In this document: piece after piece, positions 40,487 through 52,491 of the stretch
How positions within the stretch are numbered: position 1 is the first letter of the stretch
Layout of the letters: every line of letters starts with the position of its first letter
Origin: an uncultured Planctomycetota bacterium
Lineage (GTDB): Bacteria; Planctomycetota; PLA2; JAEUHO01
Assembly (NCBI GenBank): GCA_963752285.1
Contig: CAVVXN010000002.1
Location: 512,001-576,000 of the forward strand
Direction: 5' to 3'
Length of the DNA: 64,000 nucleotides
Made by a program: the position numbers and the translations under genes
Notes under the pieces: model-generated
The model's database searches: none
The model's input: only the letters and a program-made list of their open reading frames with translations
Told to the model about the DNA's origin: nothing

Positions 40487-41254
40487 GTGTTGCGGAAGAG
40501 GACCCTCGGCCTCGCGTTCGTCGTCGTCATGTCCGTCGCGTGCTCCCGCCGCGACGAGCCGGCGCGGTCCGCGCTGGGTGGCGCGCTGGGTGGCGCGCCG
40601 GATGCGAGCGACCTCGCGACGTCCGGTCGGCAGCTCGCTCCTCCGGAGCCGCCCGACGCGAAGCCCGAGGCGGGTCCCCGATCTCCTTCCCCCCCGGAGA
40701 CACCCATGGCGACCGCCACGTTCGGCTGCGGATGCTTCTGGTGCGCCGAGGCGATCTTCGATCGCGTGGAGGGCGTGACCTCGGTCCGGTCGGGGTTCTC
40801 GGGCGGTCGCGGGAAGGACCCGAGCTACGAGCTCGTCTGCACCGGGACGACCGGCCACGCCGAGGTGGTCCAGGTCGAGTACGACCCCGCCAAGGTGAGC
40901 TACGCGGAGCTCCTCCGCGTGTTCTTCGGGACCCACGACCCGACGACGAAGAACCGGCAGGGGCACGACGTCGGCTCGCAGTACCGCTCGATCATCCTGA
41001 CGCACGACGACGAGCAGCGGCGCGTAGCCGAGGACGTGAAGGCGAAGCTGGACGCGTCGGGCGTGTACCCGAACCCGATCGTGACCGAGATCGTCCCCTT
41101 CGAGGCGTTCTACCCCGCGGACGCGCACCATCAGGACTACTTCGCGCAGAACCCCGGGCAGGGCTACTGCCAGGCCGTGATCCGTCCGAAGGTCGAGAAG
41201 TTCGAGCAGGCGTTCCAGTCGATCCTGAAGGGCCAGGCGAAGCCCGCGCGCTGA
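40487..41254 (+). CDS. msrA: Peptide-methionine (S)-S-oxide reductase, possibly with N-terminal lipoprotein signal (alternative ATG start at 40706)
   Basis: GCFWC, YELVCTGTTGHAE, HDPTT.NRQG.DVGSQYRS, FYPA..HQDY, GYC. Confidence 0.93.
   Translation: MLRKRTLGLAFVVVMSVACSRRDEPARSALGGALGGAPDASDLATSGRQLAPPEPPDAKPEAGPRSPSPPETPMATATFGCGCFWCAEAIFDRVEGVTSVRSGFSGGRGKDPSYELVCTGTTGHAEVVQVEYDPAKVSYAELLRVFFGTHDPTTKNRQGHDVGSQYRSIILTHDDEQRRVAEDVKAKLDASGVYPNPIVTEIVPFEAFYPADAHHQDYFAQNPGQGYCQAVIRPKVEKFEQAFQSILKGQAKPAR
40571..40594 (+). repeat. Exact 12-bp tandem duplication (GCGCTGGGTGGC x2) in the linker upstream of the MsrA domain
   Basis: Read directly; frame-preserving (ALGG ALGG). Confidence 0.8.
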
Positions 41255-41265
41255 CCGTCGGGCCG

Positions 41266-42813
41266 CTAGGCCCGGCTCGGACGAAACGCGGCGAGGCAGC
41301 GGTCGATCCGGTGGAGCGCGCGCTCCCGGCCGAGGATCGAGAGGGTGTCGCCGATGCCGGGGCTCACGGCGGCGCCCGTCACGGCCACGCGAAGCGGCTG
41401 CGCGACGGGTCCCATGCCGACGCCGAGCTCGGCCGCGACCCCCTCGACGACCGCCTCGACGGCCTCCGCGCGGAAGTCGTCGCTGGTGGCGAGGGCGTCC
41501 CGGGCGCGCGCGAGAGCCGCGAGCCCCGCGCCGTCGTCCTTGAGGAGCCACTTCTTCGCGGCTTTGTCGTCGTAGCGGATGGCTTCGTCGGGGTCCACGA
41601 AGAACCGTGCGAGACGGCAGGGTTCGTCGAGCGTGCGGCTGCGCGGCTGGTAGGTCGCCGCGAGCCGTCCGAAGTCGTCCTCGCCGAGCGCTTGGAGATA
41701 CCGCGGCGCGTAGGCCGCGCAGTGGGATCGCCACCGATCGAGAAACACCGACGGCTCCAGCGCCGTGAGGTCGTCGGCGCTGAAGCGAAACAGCTTGTCG
41801 CGGTCGAACCGGGAGTTCGCCCGTCCGCAGCGCGCGAAGTCGAACCGCTCCACGAGGAAGGCCCGGTCGAAGCGCTCGACGCCGTCGCCCGGGCTCCAGC
41901 CGAGGAGCGAGAGGTAGTTCACGAGCGTCTCGGGGAGATAGCCGCTGCGCCGGAAGTCGGCGACCTCGATCTCGGGCAGCGCGACGTCGAGGAGCCGTGC
42001 GAGGGCCAGGGCGACGCGCGCGTCGTCGCTCTCCTTGGCCAGGAAGGCCCGGACGGACGCCTCGTCGAGCGCGCCCGCAGCGCCCGCGAGGTCCGCGGGC
42101 GAGCGGCCGTCCCGGAGCGCCGCGGCGCGCGCGGTCTTCGCCTTGTCGCGCTTCGACATCTTCGAGCCGTCGGGGTTCAGGATCGTCGGCAGGTGCGCGT
42201 AGCGCGGGCGCGCGTAGCCGAGCGCCTCCTGGAGCGCGACGTGCTTGGGCGTGTTGTAGAGGTGCTCCTGTCCGCGCAGGACGTGCGTGACGTCCATCGC
42301 CGCGTCGTCCACGACCACGCCCATGTGATACGTGGGGTAGCCGTCGGACTTGAGGACCACGAAGTCCTCGAGCTCGCTGCCCTTGACCTCGATGTGCCCG
42401 TACACCTCGTCGTCGAACGAGACGTCCTTGCCCATGCGGAAGCGGACCGCGCCCTGGTCCTCGTACGCGTGGCCCGCCGAGAGGAGCCGATCGACCTCCG
42501 CGCGGTACGTGGGAAGGCGCTGGCTCTGGAAGTAGGGCCCGTGCGCGCCCATCTGCCCCGAGGTCTCGTACGGGTCGGCCGCCTCGGGGTCGGGGCCCTC
42601 CTCCCAGTCGAGCCCGACCCACCTCAAGTCCTGGAGGATGTCCCGCGCGCTCTCTTCGGACGAGCGGCTCCGATCGGTGTCCTCCATGCGCACGATGAAG
42701 CGTCCGCCGTGGCCGCGCGCGTACGCCCACGAGAGGAGGGCCGTTCGGACGCCGCCCACGTGGAGGGCGCCCGTCGGGCTGGGGGCGAAGCGCGTGACGA
42801 CGTCCGGGCTCAT
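41266..42813 (-). CDS. gltX: Glutamate--tRNA ligase
   Basis: TRFAPSPTGALHVGG, RMEDTD, GPYFQSQR, DGYPTYH...VDD, THVLRGQEH, KMSKR, PLRVAVTG; extra segment after KMSKR. Confidence 0.95.
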   Translation of the reverse strand: MSPDVVTRFAPSPTGALHVGGVRTALLSWAYARGHGGRFIVRMEDTDRSRSSEESARDILQDLRWVGLDWEEGPDPEAADPYETSGQMGAHGPYFQSQRLPTYRAEVDRLLSAGHAYEDQGAVRFRMGKDVSFDDEVYGHIEVKGSELEDFVVLKSDGYPTYHMGVVVDDAAMDVTHVLRGQEHLYNTPKHVALQEALGYARPRYAHLPTILNPDGSKMSKRDKAKTARAAALRDGRSPADLAGAAGALDEASVRAFLAKESDDARVALALARLLDVALPEIEVADFRRSGYLPETLVNYLSLLGWSPGDGVERFDRAFLVERFDFARCGRANSRFDRDKLFRFSADDLTALEPSVFLDRWRSHCAAYAPRYLQALGEDDFGRLAATYQPRSRTLDEPCRLARFFVDPDEAIRYDDKAAKKWLLKDDGAGLAALARARDALATSDDFRAEAVEAVVEGVAAELGVGMGPVAQPLRVAVTGAAVSPGIGDTLSILGRERALHRIDRCLAAFRPSRA

Positions 42814-42929
42814 GGGGCGGGATTCTACGGTTGCGGCCGGGCGCCTTGTCCGACGGTCGGACCCCGTCCGTCCGGCGGCACGCCGCCTCCGACCGTATCC
42901 TCGGCGCGCGGCACGGGAGGTCCGGATCG

Positions 42930-44513
42930 GTGGACGCCAAGACGTCGGCGAGAGCAACGGGACGGCTCGTGGGCCTCTTCGCGGTCCTGCTGCTCCTCGC
43001 AGGCTGCGGGGGCGAGCCGGCGGGGGCCGACACCCGCATCGCGGGCCGGAGCGGGACGGACTGGATCCGGATCCTTTGCTCGAACGACGCCGCGGCCGAG
43101 CGGGACGCGGAGCGGGAGCTCGCGAACGCCGGCCCGTCCGGCGTGGCCGTCCTCGTGGACGCGCTCCACGATCCCGGGGCGCGCTGGGCGGCCGGGAAGG
43201 GCCTCGCCCTGCTGGGCGCCCGCGCGGTGCCCGTGCTCCAGCCGATCCTGGAACGGGACCCGGACGTAGACGCCCGGGTGGCGGCGGTCGCCGTCCTCGT
43301 GGACCTCGGCGCGCCGGGTTCGAGCCTCCTGGCCTCGGCGCTCGCGGACGAGGCCCCGCGCGTGCGCGCCGCGGCGGCGGAGGGGCTCGCGAAACGAGGG
43401 GACGAGGCGGGGTTCGCGGCGGCCGCGCTCGTTCGAGCGCTGGTGGACGACGGCCTCGGGGTCGCCGACGCCGCGCGCCGCGCACTTCGCGCCCTGCCCG
43501 CCCCCGAGGTGGTGACGGCGCTCGGCGAGGCGACGCGATCGAAGGACCCGGCCCTCCAAGGCGCCGCCGCCGTGGCGCTCGGGCGCCTCGACGCGCGCAC
43601 GATCAGCGCCGACCTTCGCGACCGCGCCGTCGCGGACCTCCGCGCGCTGGTCGCGGGCGCGGACGCCGACGTCGGGCTTCGCGCGGCGCTCGCGTTGCGG
43701 GCCCTCGCGCCGGACACCGACGTCACGGACGCGCTCCGGCGTGCGCTCCGTTCGGGAACGGTCGAGAGTCGCCGCGCCGCGATCGCCGCGGTGCGCGATC
43801 TCGATCTCGGCGAAGGAGGACTGCCGCTCGCGTCCGAGGGCCTGGCCGAAGCGGACGCGCTCGTCCGGCGCGGGTCCGTCCGCGTCCTCGGCGCGGGCGG
43901 ACCCGCGGCGGCGCCCTACGTCGCGGCCCTGGCCGAGCGGCTCGGCGACGCCGACGACGGGGTCCGGACCGCGGCGGCGACCTCGCTCGGCGCGATCGGC
44001 GCGAAGGCGGATCTCGTCGTACCCGCGCTCGAGAACGCGCTGGCCGACGCCTCGCCCGACGTGCGGGTGTCGGCCGCGTCGGCGCTCGGGGCGTACGGAC
44101 CCGAGGCGTCGTCGGCCGTGGCCCGACTCGTGGCCGCGGTCACGGCGGTGCCGCACCGGCCCGAGCACGAGGACGTGATGGCGCTCCGCCGGCGCGTCAC
44201 GGCCCTCGTGGTGTACGTGACCGCGCTCGGCCGGATCGCCAAGGACGACGCCGGCGTGGTGCGCGTCCTCACGGAGCTCGTCGGGGACGACGCCCGCCAC
44301 CCCGACGCCCGCACCGCCGCGGCGAACGCCCTCGCGAAGATGGGCGAGGCGGCCCACTCGAGCTTCGACGCGCTCCTCCAGGCGAGCTGGTCGGAGAACG
44401 ACGCGTTGCGCTCCGCCGCCTCGGCGGCGTGTCTCGTCGTGGACCCGGATCGCGCGAAGGAGTCGGCCCGCATGATCGGGCGCCGTCTGCCCGCGGCTCG
44501 GCTGCCCCGATAG
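42930..44513 (+). CDS. HEAT-repeat lipoprotein
   Basis: GGAGG RBS, lipobox LLAGC, many L.D....VR..AA..LG repeats. Confidence 0.82.
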   Translation: MDAKTSARATGRLVGLFAVLLLLAGCGGEPAGADTRIAGRSGTDWIRILCSNDAAAERDAERELANAGPSGVAVLVDALHDPGARWAAGKGLALLGARAVPVLQPILERDPDVDARVAAVAVLVDLGAPGSSLLASALADEAPRVRAAAAEGLAKRGDEAGFAAAALVRALVDDGLGVADAARRALRALPAPEVVTALGEATRSKDPALQGAAAVALGRLDARTISADLRDRAVADLRALVAGADADVGLRAALALRALAPDTDVTDALRRALRSGTVESRRAAIAAVRDLDLGEGGLPLASEGLAEADALVRRGSVRVLGAGGPAAAPYVAALAERLGDADDGVRTAAATSLGAIGAKADLVVPALENALADASPDVRVSAASALGAYGPEASSAVARLVAAVTAVPHRPEHEDVMALRRRVTALVVYVTALGRIAKDDAGVVRVLTELVGDDARHPDARTAAANALAKMGEAAHSSFDALLQASWSENDALRSAASAACLVVDPDRAKESARMIGRRLPAARLPR

Positions 44514-44543
44514 CGCGCGGCGGGCCTGCGTTCGCGCCCGCCC

Positions 44544-46148
44544 TCAGCGACCGGCGCCCACGATCTCCGTGCCCCGGTCGGGCGTCCAGTAGAGCGTCTT
44601 CGGCTGGCGGACGTCGCCGAGGAAGCGGATCCGCAGCGCCTCCTTGATCGAGAGGAGCAGGACGAGGACGGAGAGCACCCGGGTCTTGAGCCTCCGCCGG
44701 CCCAGGAGGCGGCGGAAACCGTTCCGCACCTCGCGGAGCATCCCGCGCGACACGGCGTCCTTGCAGTGGACCCTCAGGCTCGTGACGAAGCACCGCATCA
44801 GGCGGAGCATGTCCCGGAACTCGTCCGCACGGCAGCGGACGGCCGGGTTCGCGTGGGTCCTGCAGTACTCGTATCCCCGTAGCTCCGTCCGCATGGCCCG
44901 GAGGATCGAGGGGCCGTTGCGGTGGTAGTCGTGCAGGAAGGCCCGACGGAGGAAGGTGCGTGTCTCCGCCGGCGCGAAGTGCTCGTGGCGGAACCAGATC
45001 CTGCCCTGACCGTGCTGCGACCGGAAGGGGACGTCCGACATCAGCTTCCCCTGGGCGCGGTAGCTGGCGTAGAGGGCGGTGCCCGGGATGGGCCCCAGCT
45101 GCATGAACTGGAGGTAGTCTGCGCCGAGCGACGTGGCGAACTCGATGTCGTCCCAGATCGTCAGCTTGTCGTGGTCCTCCAGGAAGAGGATCGCGGAGGC
45201 CATCACCGCGATTCCGCGCCGCTGGAGCTCGTCGATCAGGCGACCGAAGTCCACCCCGCGGTTCTTGGCGAAGACCTCGCGCTTGGACTCCACGCCGACC
45301 CAGACGAACGTGACGCCGAGCCGCACGAGGAGATCGAGGTCGCCGAGTCCCGTCAGTGTCTCGGCCGAGCTGAAGATGGCGAACGAGAACCGGCGCCCAG
45401 TCCGCTCCATGATGTCCAGGAGCTCCCGGGCGCGCTGGGGCTGCTTCAGGAAGTTCTCGTCGAGGACCCCGAAGTCGGTGACCCCGAGCTCGTCCTCGTA
45501 CTTGCAGCAGACGTCGTAGATCTCCTGACCCGTCTCGAGGTACGGCTTGTAGCCGCCGAAGAAGTGGGACGTCGCGCAGAAGCGACACCGGTTGGGACAA
45601 CCCACGCCCGTGACCAGGATCCCGGCGTTCGCGGCCCACGGCACGCCCATCACCTGGCGGTTGAACGAGCTGTACGTGAGGGGGTGGCGGATCGGTCTGT
45701 CCACGTCCTCGTGGAACAGCTCACGGAGGAACCGGATTCCCTCGCCGCGGCAGATGTGGTCGTGCTCGATCCGCGTCTCGATCCCGTCCACGGCGACGCC
45801 GTGCCCGCCCAGGATGATCTTCGTGCCCGGGGACAGCCTCCGGACGAGACGCGCCATCAGCCGCGCCTTCTCGAAGTTGGGCACGATGAAGCTGATGCCG
45901 ACGTAGTCGTAGCCCTTCCGAAGCTCGCGCGCGAACCGGCGAAGCCGAGGGAAGTCCAGCACGGTCGTGGGGACGTCCACGTTCGCCGCGAGGAAGTAGA
46001 GGCCGTGGCTGGCGTGGTGGAAGCGGTAGGAGAAGATGCCCTGTTCCCGCGTCACCTGGTTGTGGAACAGCTCCATCTTGTTGTCGCTCTCGCCGTACGG
46101 GTCGTCCACGCCGTACGGCCCGAAGACGGACGTCAAGAGCAGCTTCAT
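44544..46148 (-). CDS. Cobalamin-binding-domain radical SAM protein
   Basis: DYVGISF...KIILGGH...GEG B12-binding-like region; GCPNRCRFC (CxxxCxxC); [16 protein letters not shown]. Confidence 0.9.
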   Translation of the reverse strand: MKLLLTSVFGPYGVDDPYGESDNKMELFHNQVTREQGIFSYRFHHASHGLYFLAANVDVPTTVLDFPRLRRFARELRKGYDYVGISFIVPNFEKARLMARLVRRLSPGTKIILGGHGVAVDGIETRIEHDHICRGEGIRFLRELFHEDVDRPIRHPLTYSSFNRQVMGVPWAANAGILVTGVGCPNRCRFCATSHFFGGYKPYLETGQEIYDVCCKYEDELGVTDFGVLDENFLKQPQRARELLDIMERTGRRFSFAIFSSAETLTGLGDLDLLVRLGVTFVWVGVESKREVFAKNRGVDFGRLIDELQRRGIAVMASAILFLEDHDKLTIWDDIEFATSLGADYLQFMQLGPIPGTALYASYRAQGKLMSDVPFRSQHGQGRIWFRHEHFAPAETRTFLRRAFLHDYHRNGPSILRAMRTELRGYEYCRTHANPAVRCRADEFRDMLRLMRCFVTSLRVHCKDAVSRGMLREVRNGFRRLLGRRRLKTRVLSVLVLLLSIKEALRIRFLGDVRQPKTLYWTPDRGTEIVGAGR

Positions 46149-46547
46149 GAGTTCCCGGTTCCAACAGGGGCGGGCCGACGCGGGTGCCCGTCATGGGCAG
46201 GGTTTGGACCGGGCGGCGCAGGAGCACAACATAGCGATGCCGTGTCGCTTCGCGTCGCGAAGACGGGGCGCGGTCCTCCCCGGCTCCCTGCCGCGTCGAT
46301 TCCGCTCCGGGCCCGCGCGTCCCGCACGGACGAGCGGCCCGGGGCCCCGCGACCCGCAAGAGGACGGCGTGGTCCCCGCCGTCGCCGTGCCCCCGCAGGA
46401 GAGCGCGAGCCGACCGTCGCCCGGTTCCGGCAGGGGCGCGGCGGGCGTCCCCCGAGGGCCCGCGCGGGGCGTCCGTGCCGCTGCGCGCGAGAACACGCCT
46501 ACAATCCCCCGCTTGCGGCCGGCCGACCGGACGCCCGGGATACCGCC

Positions 46548-48242
<1,695 letters not shown>

Positions 48243-48251
48243 GGGCCGGGG

Positions 48252-49034
48252 TCAGCGCCTCTTCTTGCGCGCCTTCTCGTCGGCCTTGATCGTGTCGGCG
48301 ATCCAGCCGAACGCCTTCTCGACCGGGGCGCGGGCCATCGAGTGTCCCTCGGCGTGCTCGAACACGAGGACTTCGTAGCCCTTGTCCTTCAACGCCTTCT
48401 CGCCGTCGATCCGGGGCTGCTTGAAGTTCGGGTCGTTCGGGTCGCCGATCAGGAGGATCGTCGGGGCACGCGCGGGCTTGTCCGCCGGCTCGAACGACTG
48501 CTTGGCCGAGCCCACGAGGACGACGCCTCGGAACTTCCCGATCTCGTCTTTCTGGCAGACCACGTCGTCCCAGAGGCGAAAGCCGCCGCCCGAGAAGCCG
48601 AGCGCGAACACCTCCTCCGGGTCGATCGCGAACTTCTCCTGGAGCGCCACGAGGTACTTGGGCGCGTAGCCGACGGCGTCCTGCTTGTTGTCGCAGCGTT
48701 CCAGCGCGACGAGGAGCGGCGGCTTCTTCCCCGCCAGGGTCTTCGCCTCGCGGAGGAAGTCGAGGGCCTTTCCCCCGTTCCCGTGACACAAGAGCACGAC
48801 GGGCACGGGGTGCTTCGGCGAGTAGCCCTTGGGTACGAGCGCCGCGAATCCCTCCTCCTTGCCGTCGATCGTGACGGTGCCCTCCTGCTCGCCCGCCTTC
48901 CAGCGTGGGAGCGGGACGGCCTTCTCGGGCGCAACGGTCGGGTCTCCGGCGAACGACGGCGTGCGCGTTCCGCCCAGGAACGGCACCACGAGGCCCAGGG
49001 CGAACGCGAGCGCGACACGGGGCACGCGACGCAT
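48252..49034 (-). CDS. Exported alpha/beta-hydrolase (esterase-like)
   Basis: Signal peptide; PVVLLCHGNG, nucleophile elbow GFSGGG, IGDPND, EGH; GGAGG RBS. Confidence 0.8.
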   Translation of the reverse strand: MRRVPRVALAFALGLVVPFLGGTRTPSFAGDPTVAPEKAVPLPRWKAGEQEGTVTIDGKEEGFAALVPKGYSPKHPVPVVLLCHGNGGKALDFLREAKTLAGKKPPLLVALERCDNKQDAVGYAPKYLVALQEKFAIDPEEVFALGFSGGGFRLWDDVVCQKDEIGKFRGVVLVGSAKQSFEPADKPARAPTILLIGDPNDPNFKQPRIDGEKALKDKGYEVLVFEHAEGHSMARAPVEKAFGWIADTIKADEKARKKRR

Positions 49035-49050
49035 GACGACCTCCACGCCC

Positions 49051-50208
49051 TCAGTGGTGGAACAGGCGCAGGTGCGTGTGCGCCATCGCGATGCCGTGTT
49101 CCTCGCACGCGCGCGCGACGTCGTCGTCCCGCGTGGACCCGCCCGGCTGGGCCACGTAGCGGACCCCGTGCCGCGCGGCGTGGTCGATGTTGTCTCGGAA
49201 CGGGATGAACCCGTCCGAGACGAGGGATACCCCCTTCAGCGCGCGAACCCACGCCTCGCGCTCGCCGTCTTCCCACATGGAGACGTCGCCGTCGGTCGCG
49301 GCGCGAAAGCGGGCCTCCTCCTCGGGCGTCAGGTCGCCCTCGATGAAGCGGATCCGCCAGTTGATGCGCTCCTGACGCTTGACCTCCGGACGGAACGAGA
49401 GGCCCAGAACCTTCGGGTGACGGCCGAGGTGCCACACGTCGGCCTTCTGGCCGGCGAGCTTCGTGCAGTCCACGCGCGACTGTTGGCCCGCGCCGATGCC
49501 GATCATCTGTCCGTCGAGCGCGTAGCCGACGGAGTTCGACTGCGTGTACTTGATCGCGACGAGGCCGAGGAGGAGGTCCCGCCTCGCCTCGGGCGGGAGC
49601 GAGCCCACCACGACGTCGGCGAGGTGCCGGTCGGACACCGCTTGCGCGTTTCGCTCCTGCGTGAGCCGCATGCCGTAGACCTCCCGGGCCTCGGTCTCGG
49701 GCGGCACGAAGTCGGGGTCGGCGCGCATCACGATGAACGAGCCGCCCTTCTTCCCCTCGAGAATCGTGCGCGCCGCGGGCTCGTAGCCCGGCGCGACGAT
49801 GCCGTCGCTCACCACGCCCTTGAGGAAGAGCGCGGTCGCCTCGTCCACGACGTCGCTCAGGGCCACGAAGTCGCCGAAGGAGCTCTTCGGGTCGGCGCCG
49901 CGCGCGCGCACGTACGCCGTCGCGGCGGGCGTGAGCGACGTGCCGTGTACCTCGTACGCCCGTGCGAGGTCCTCGGGCAGGTCCACGGCCACGGCGGCCC
50001 CCGCGGGCGACACGTGTTTGAACGACGCCGCGGCGACGACCCCGAGCGCCGCCCGGGCCTCTCGCACGAGCTGCCACGCGTTCAGCGCGTCGAGGAAGTT
50101 GATGAAGGAGGGTTTGCCCGAGAGCACCTCGAGGGGAGGCGCGTCGGGGCGGATGGGCACCGCCGAGGCGCGTCCCTGGTGCGGGTTCGTTCCGTACTTG
50201 AGCTCCAT
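49051..50208 (-). CDS. AICAR transformylase (stand-alone PurH C-terminal domain, no IMP cyclohydrolase domain)
   Basis: ELKYGTNPHQ, INFLDALN, SFKHVSPAG, SSFGDF, KYTQSNSV, GAGQQSRVDC, SDGFIPFRD, QPGGS.RD, RLFHH. Confidence 0.9.
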   Translation of the reverse strand: MELKYGTNPHQGRASAVPIRPDAPPLEVLSGKPSFINFLDALNAWQLVREARAALGVVAAASFKHVSPAGAAVAVDLPEDLARAYEVHGTSLTPAATAYVRARGADPKSSFGDFVALSDVVDEATALFLKGVVSDGIVAPGYEPAARTILEGKKGGSFIVMRADPDFVPPETEAREVYGMRLTQERNAQAVSDRHLADVVVGSLPPEARRDLLLGLVAIKYTQSNSVGYALDGQMIGIGAGQQSRVDCTKLAGQKADVWHLGRHPKVLGLSFRPEVKRQERINWRIRFIEGDLTPEEEARFRAATDGDVSMWEDGEREAWVRALKGVSLVSDGFIPFRDNIDHAARHGVRYVAQPGGSTRDDDVARACEEHGIAMAHTHLRLFHH

Positions 50209-50280
50209 GCGGCGCATGATGCCCGCGCGGGCCCCGCTCGTCACGCCTGGGCCCGTGGGGCCGGGGCGCCCCGGCGCCCG

Positions 50281-52122
50281 TCAGCGGGAGGGCGTTATCG
50301 TCGGGGGCACGGCCTTCTTCAGGAAGAGGAGCCCGAACGCGGTGTCGTCGTAGCCCCCGCGCCACGATCCGTCGTCTTCCTGGGTCTCGAGCAGCCAGAC
50401 GGCGCCCTCGAAGTACCAGTCGCGGCCCTGCAGCCGCGCGATCCGCCGGATCTCGAGTGCGCGCTCGACCCCGAAGAGGTAGTAGCCCCGCGAGCAGAGG
50501 CTGTGGGGGCCGCCGGGGTTCGCGCGGACCGTGAAGTGCGTGGCGAGCCAGGCGAGGCCGCCCCGGCGCGCGCGGTCCACGTCCACGCCGAACGTCCCGG
50601 GGAAGCCGCGCCGGCGGCCGGTCCCGGACTCCGCGATCTCGAGGCTCGCGACGGCGGCGGCGGTCATGCTTCCGCTGAGGTCGGCCCGCTCCACGTAGCC
50701 CCAGGCGAGCGGGGCCACGCGCGGTCCCCGGTCGCGCGTGCTGCCGTCGGTCCCGTAGCCGCCGTGGCGGAGCAGGGCGGCCTCCTTTTCGCGCGCCTCG
50801 AGCTCGGCGTGGGTCGGGGTCGAGAGCACGATCGGGTCCTCGCCCGGGTCCTGTACGTCCGCGAGCCAGTGCCGCGCGGACGAGCTCCAGGCGGTGGGGG
50901 GGATCGCCGCGCCCAGGAGGTGCGCGGCGTAGAGGCCGAGGAGCGCGTACTGGGTGTTCGAGTTGTCGTAGTCGGCGCTCCGTGCGTACCGCCAGCGGAG
51001 GAGGTAGCCGGGGTCGATCCGCGTGTCGTGCGCCTCGAGGAGCGCGCGCGTCCAGCGATCGACCACCGCGCGGTCCGCGGGGGTCGGGTTGCGCTCGGCG
51101 GGCCCCGCCTTGTCGTCGGCCATCAGGCGGTCGCGCTCGCGCGGCGGCGTGTAGTAGGCGTCGATGGCCATCAGCGCGCACGCCAGGGAGTAGGTGGTCA
51201 GGATCTCGCGGCCCCGGAGCTCGTCGAGCGCGCGGGCCACCACGAGGTCGTCTCGGTAGAGCTCCGACTTGAGGACAGCGAGGAGGACGAGCGCCAGCTC
51301 CCCGCTCCCCTGCCACTGATCGAGTCGGCGTCCGTCGGGTGGCGCGCCGAAGCGTCCTCGCGCGAGTCGCTGGTCCTGGAGGAGGTCACGCAGCCACCGG
51401 GCGCTCGTCTCGATTGCGCGGTCCACGCTCTGGCGGAAGGACGGGTCCGAGGCGCGGAGCACCTCGCGAAACGTCCACGACTCGGTGTAGCGGATGCGTC
51501 CCGTCCGGATCTCCTCCGCTTCCCCCTCGCTCGTGTCGAGCAGGAGCTCGGACGTGAGCGACGTGAGGTGTCCCTCCGCCTCGTCGAACCGCCGCGTCGC
51601 GCGGAGCCGACCGTGGAGCGTCCGGCCCTGCGACCGTCGGGGCCGGTGGTGGGGCGCGTCGCCCTCCGGCTCGGGAAGGAAGAGCGCCACGAAGTCCTGC
51701 GACCCGTCCGGGCGCGGGAGGGCGTACTGGACGAGGACGCGCGTCCGATCGAACTCGCGAAGCCCGTCGAGGACCAGCTCCAACCTCCCCCCCTGCTCGA
51801 GGACGTGCACGTCGGAGGCGAGGAAGACTGCCAGGTCGCGGAGGTCGTAGACCGGGCCGCGAAGCGAGAGTCCGTCCTTCTCGACTTCGCCACCCCAGAC
51901 CACCGCGGGGTTCAGGGGCTCGCTGAAGCCCCGCCGCGACTTCCCCTCGACCCACGCCGACTCCTCGACGCGGCGATAGAGGGCCGCGCCGTCGATCGGC
52001 ACGCGCCAGCGGGGCGCCTCCTTCTCTTCCGCGCGCGCTCGACCGAGGACCAGGAGCGGGAGCAGCAACAGGGCCGGGGCGAGGCGGAGGGCGCGCGCGG
52101 GAAGACGGAGGGCGAGGCGCAC
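50281..52122 (-). CDS. Exported alpha/alpha-toroid (prenyltransferase/squalene-oxidase repeat-like) protein
   Basis: Hydrophobic N-terminus; DNSNTQYALLGL, WGY, SMTAA, YYLFGVER, DWYFEG..WLLETQEDDGSW, TAFGLLFL; start may be 52158. Confidence 0.75.
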   Translation of the reverse strand: MRLALRLPARALRLAPALLLLPLLVLGRARAEEKEAPRWRVPIDGAALYRRVEESAWVEGKSRRGFSEPLNPAVVWGGEVEKDGLSLRGPVYDLRDLAVFLASDVHVLEQGGRLELVLDGLREFDRTRVLVQYALPRPDGSQDFVALFLPEPEGDAPHHRPRRSQGRTLHGRLRATRRFDEAEGHLTSLTSELLLDTSEGEAEEIRTGRIRYTESWTFREVLRASDPSFRQSVDRAIETSARWLRDLLQDQRLARGRFGAPPDGRRLDQWQGSGELALVLLAVLKSELYRDDLVVARALDELRGREILTTYSLACALMAIDAYYTPPRERDRLMADDKAGPAERNPTPADRAVVDRWTRALLEAHDTRIDPGYLLRWRYARSADYDNSNTQYALLGLYAAHLLGAAIPPTAWSSSARHWLADVQDPGEDPIVLSTPTHAELEAREKEAALLRHGGYGTDGSTRDRGPRVAPLAWGYVERADLSGSMTAAAVASLEIAESGTGRRRGFPGTFGVDVDRARRGGLAWLATHFTVRANPGGPHSLCSRGYYLFGVERALEIRRIARLQGRDWYFEGAVWLLETQEDDGSWRGGYDDTAFGLLFLKKAVPPTITPSR

Positions 52123-52338
52123 GGGGTGCCTTCCGGGAGGGGCGAGGGCGTAGATCATCGGTCCCCGGCGCCTCCGGGGACACCCGGAACCCGGGGGGAG
52201 CGGCCGCCGGTGGGCGGGTCCCGGCGGCTCGAGTCGAAGGTCCCATGGCCCGGCCCGGAGGCCGACTTCTTGCCGGGTGCGGGGAGGGCGGCCCGCCGTC
52301 GAGAACGCCCGATTTGGCCCGAAACCATCCGCGGCCCC

Positions 52339-52347
52339 TGGTAGGCT
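52339..52347 (+). promoter_or_regulatory. Putative extended -10 promoter element for the RRM gene
   Basis: TG-G-TAGGCT matches TGnTAnnnT, about 145 bp upstream of ATG 52492. Confidence 0.4.
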
Positions 52348-52491
52348 CTCGCCGAACTGGTCTCCCATCGACGCGTGCTCGGCTCGACGATTCAAACGCT
52401 TCGTCCCTCCGCGCCGCCGTTCGATTGGCGGCCGTAACCCATTCGAATCGTCTGGCCCCCGACCGGGGGTTCGTTGGAGGGCACCCGAGGG

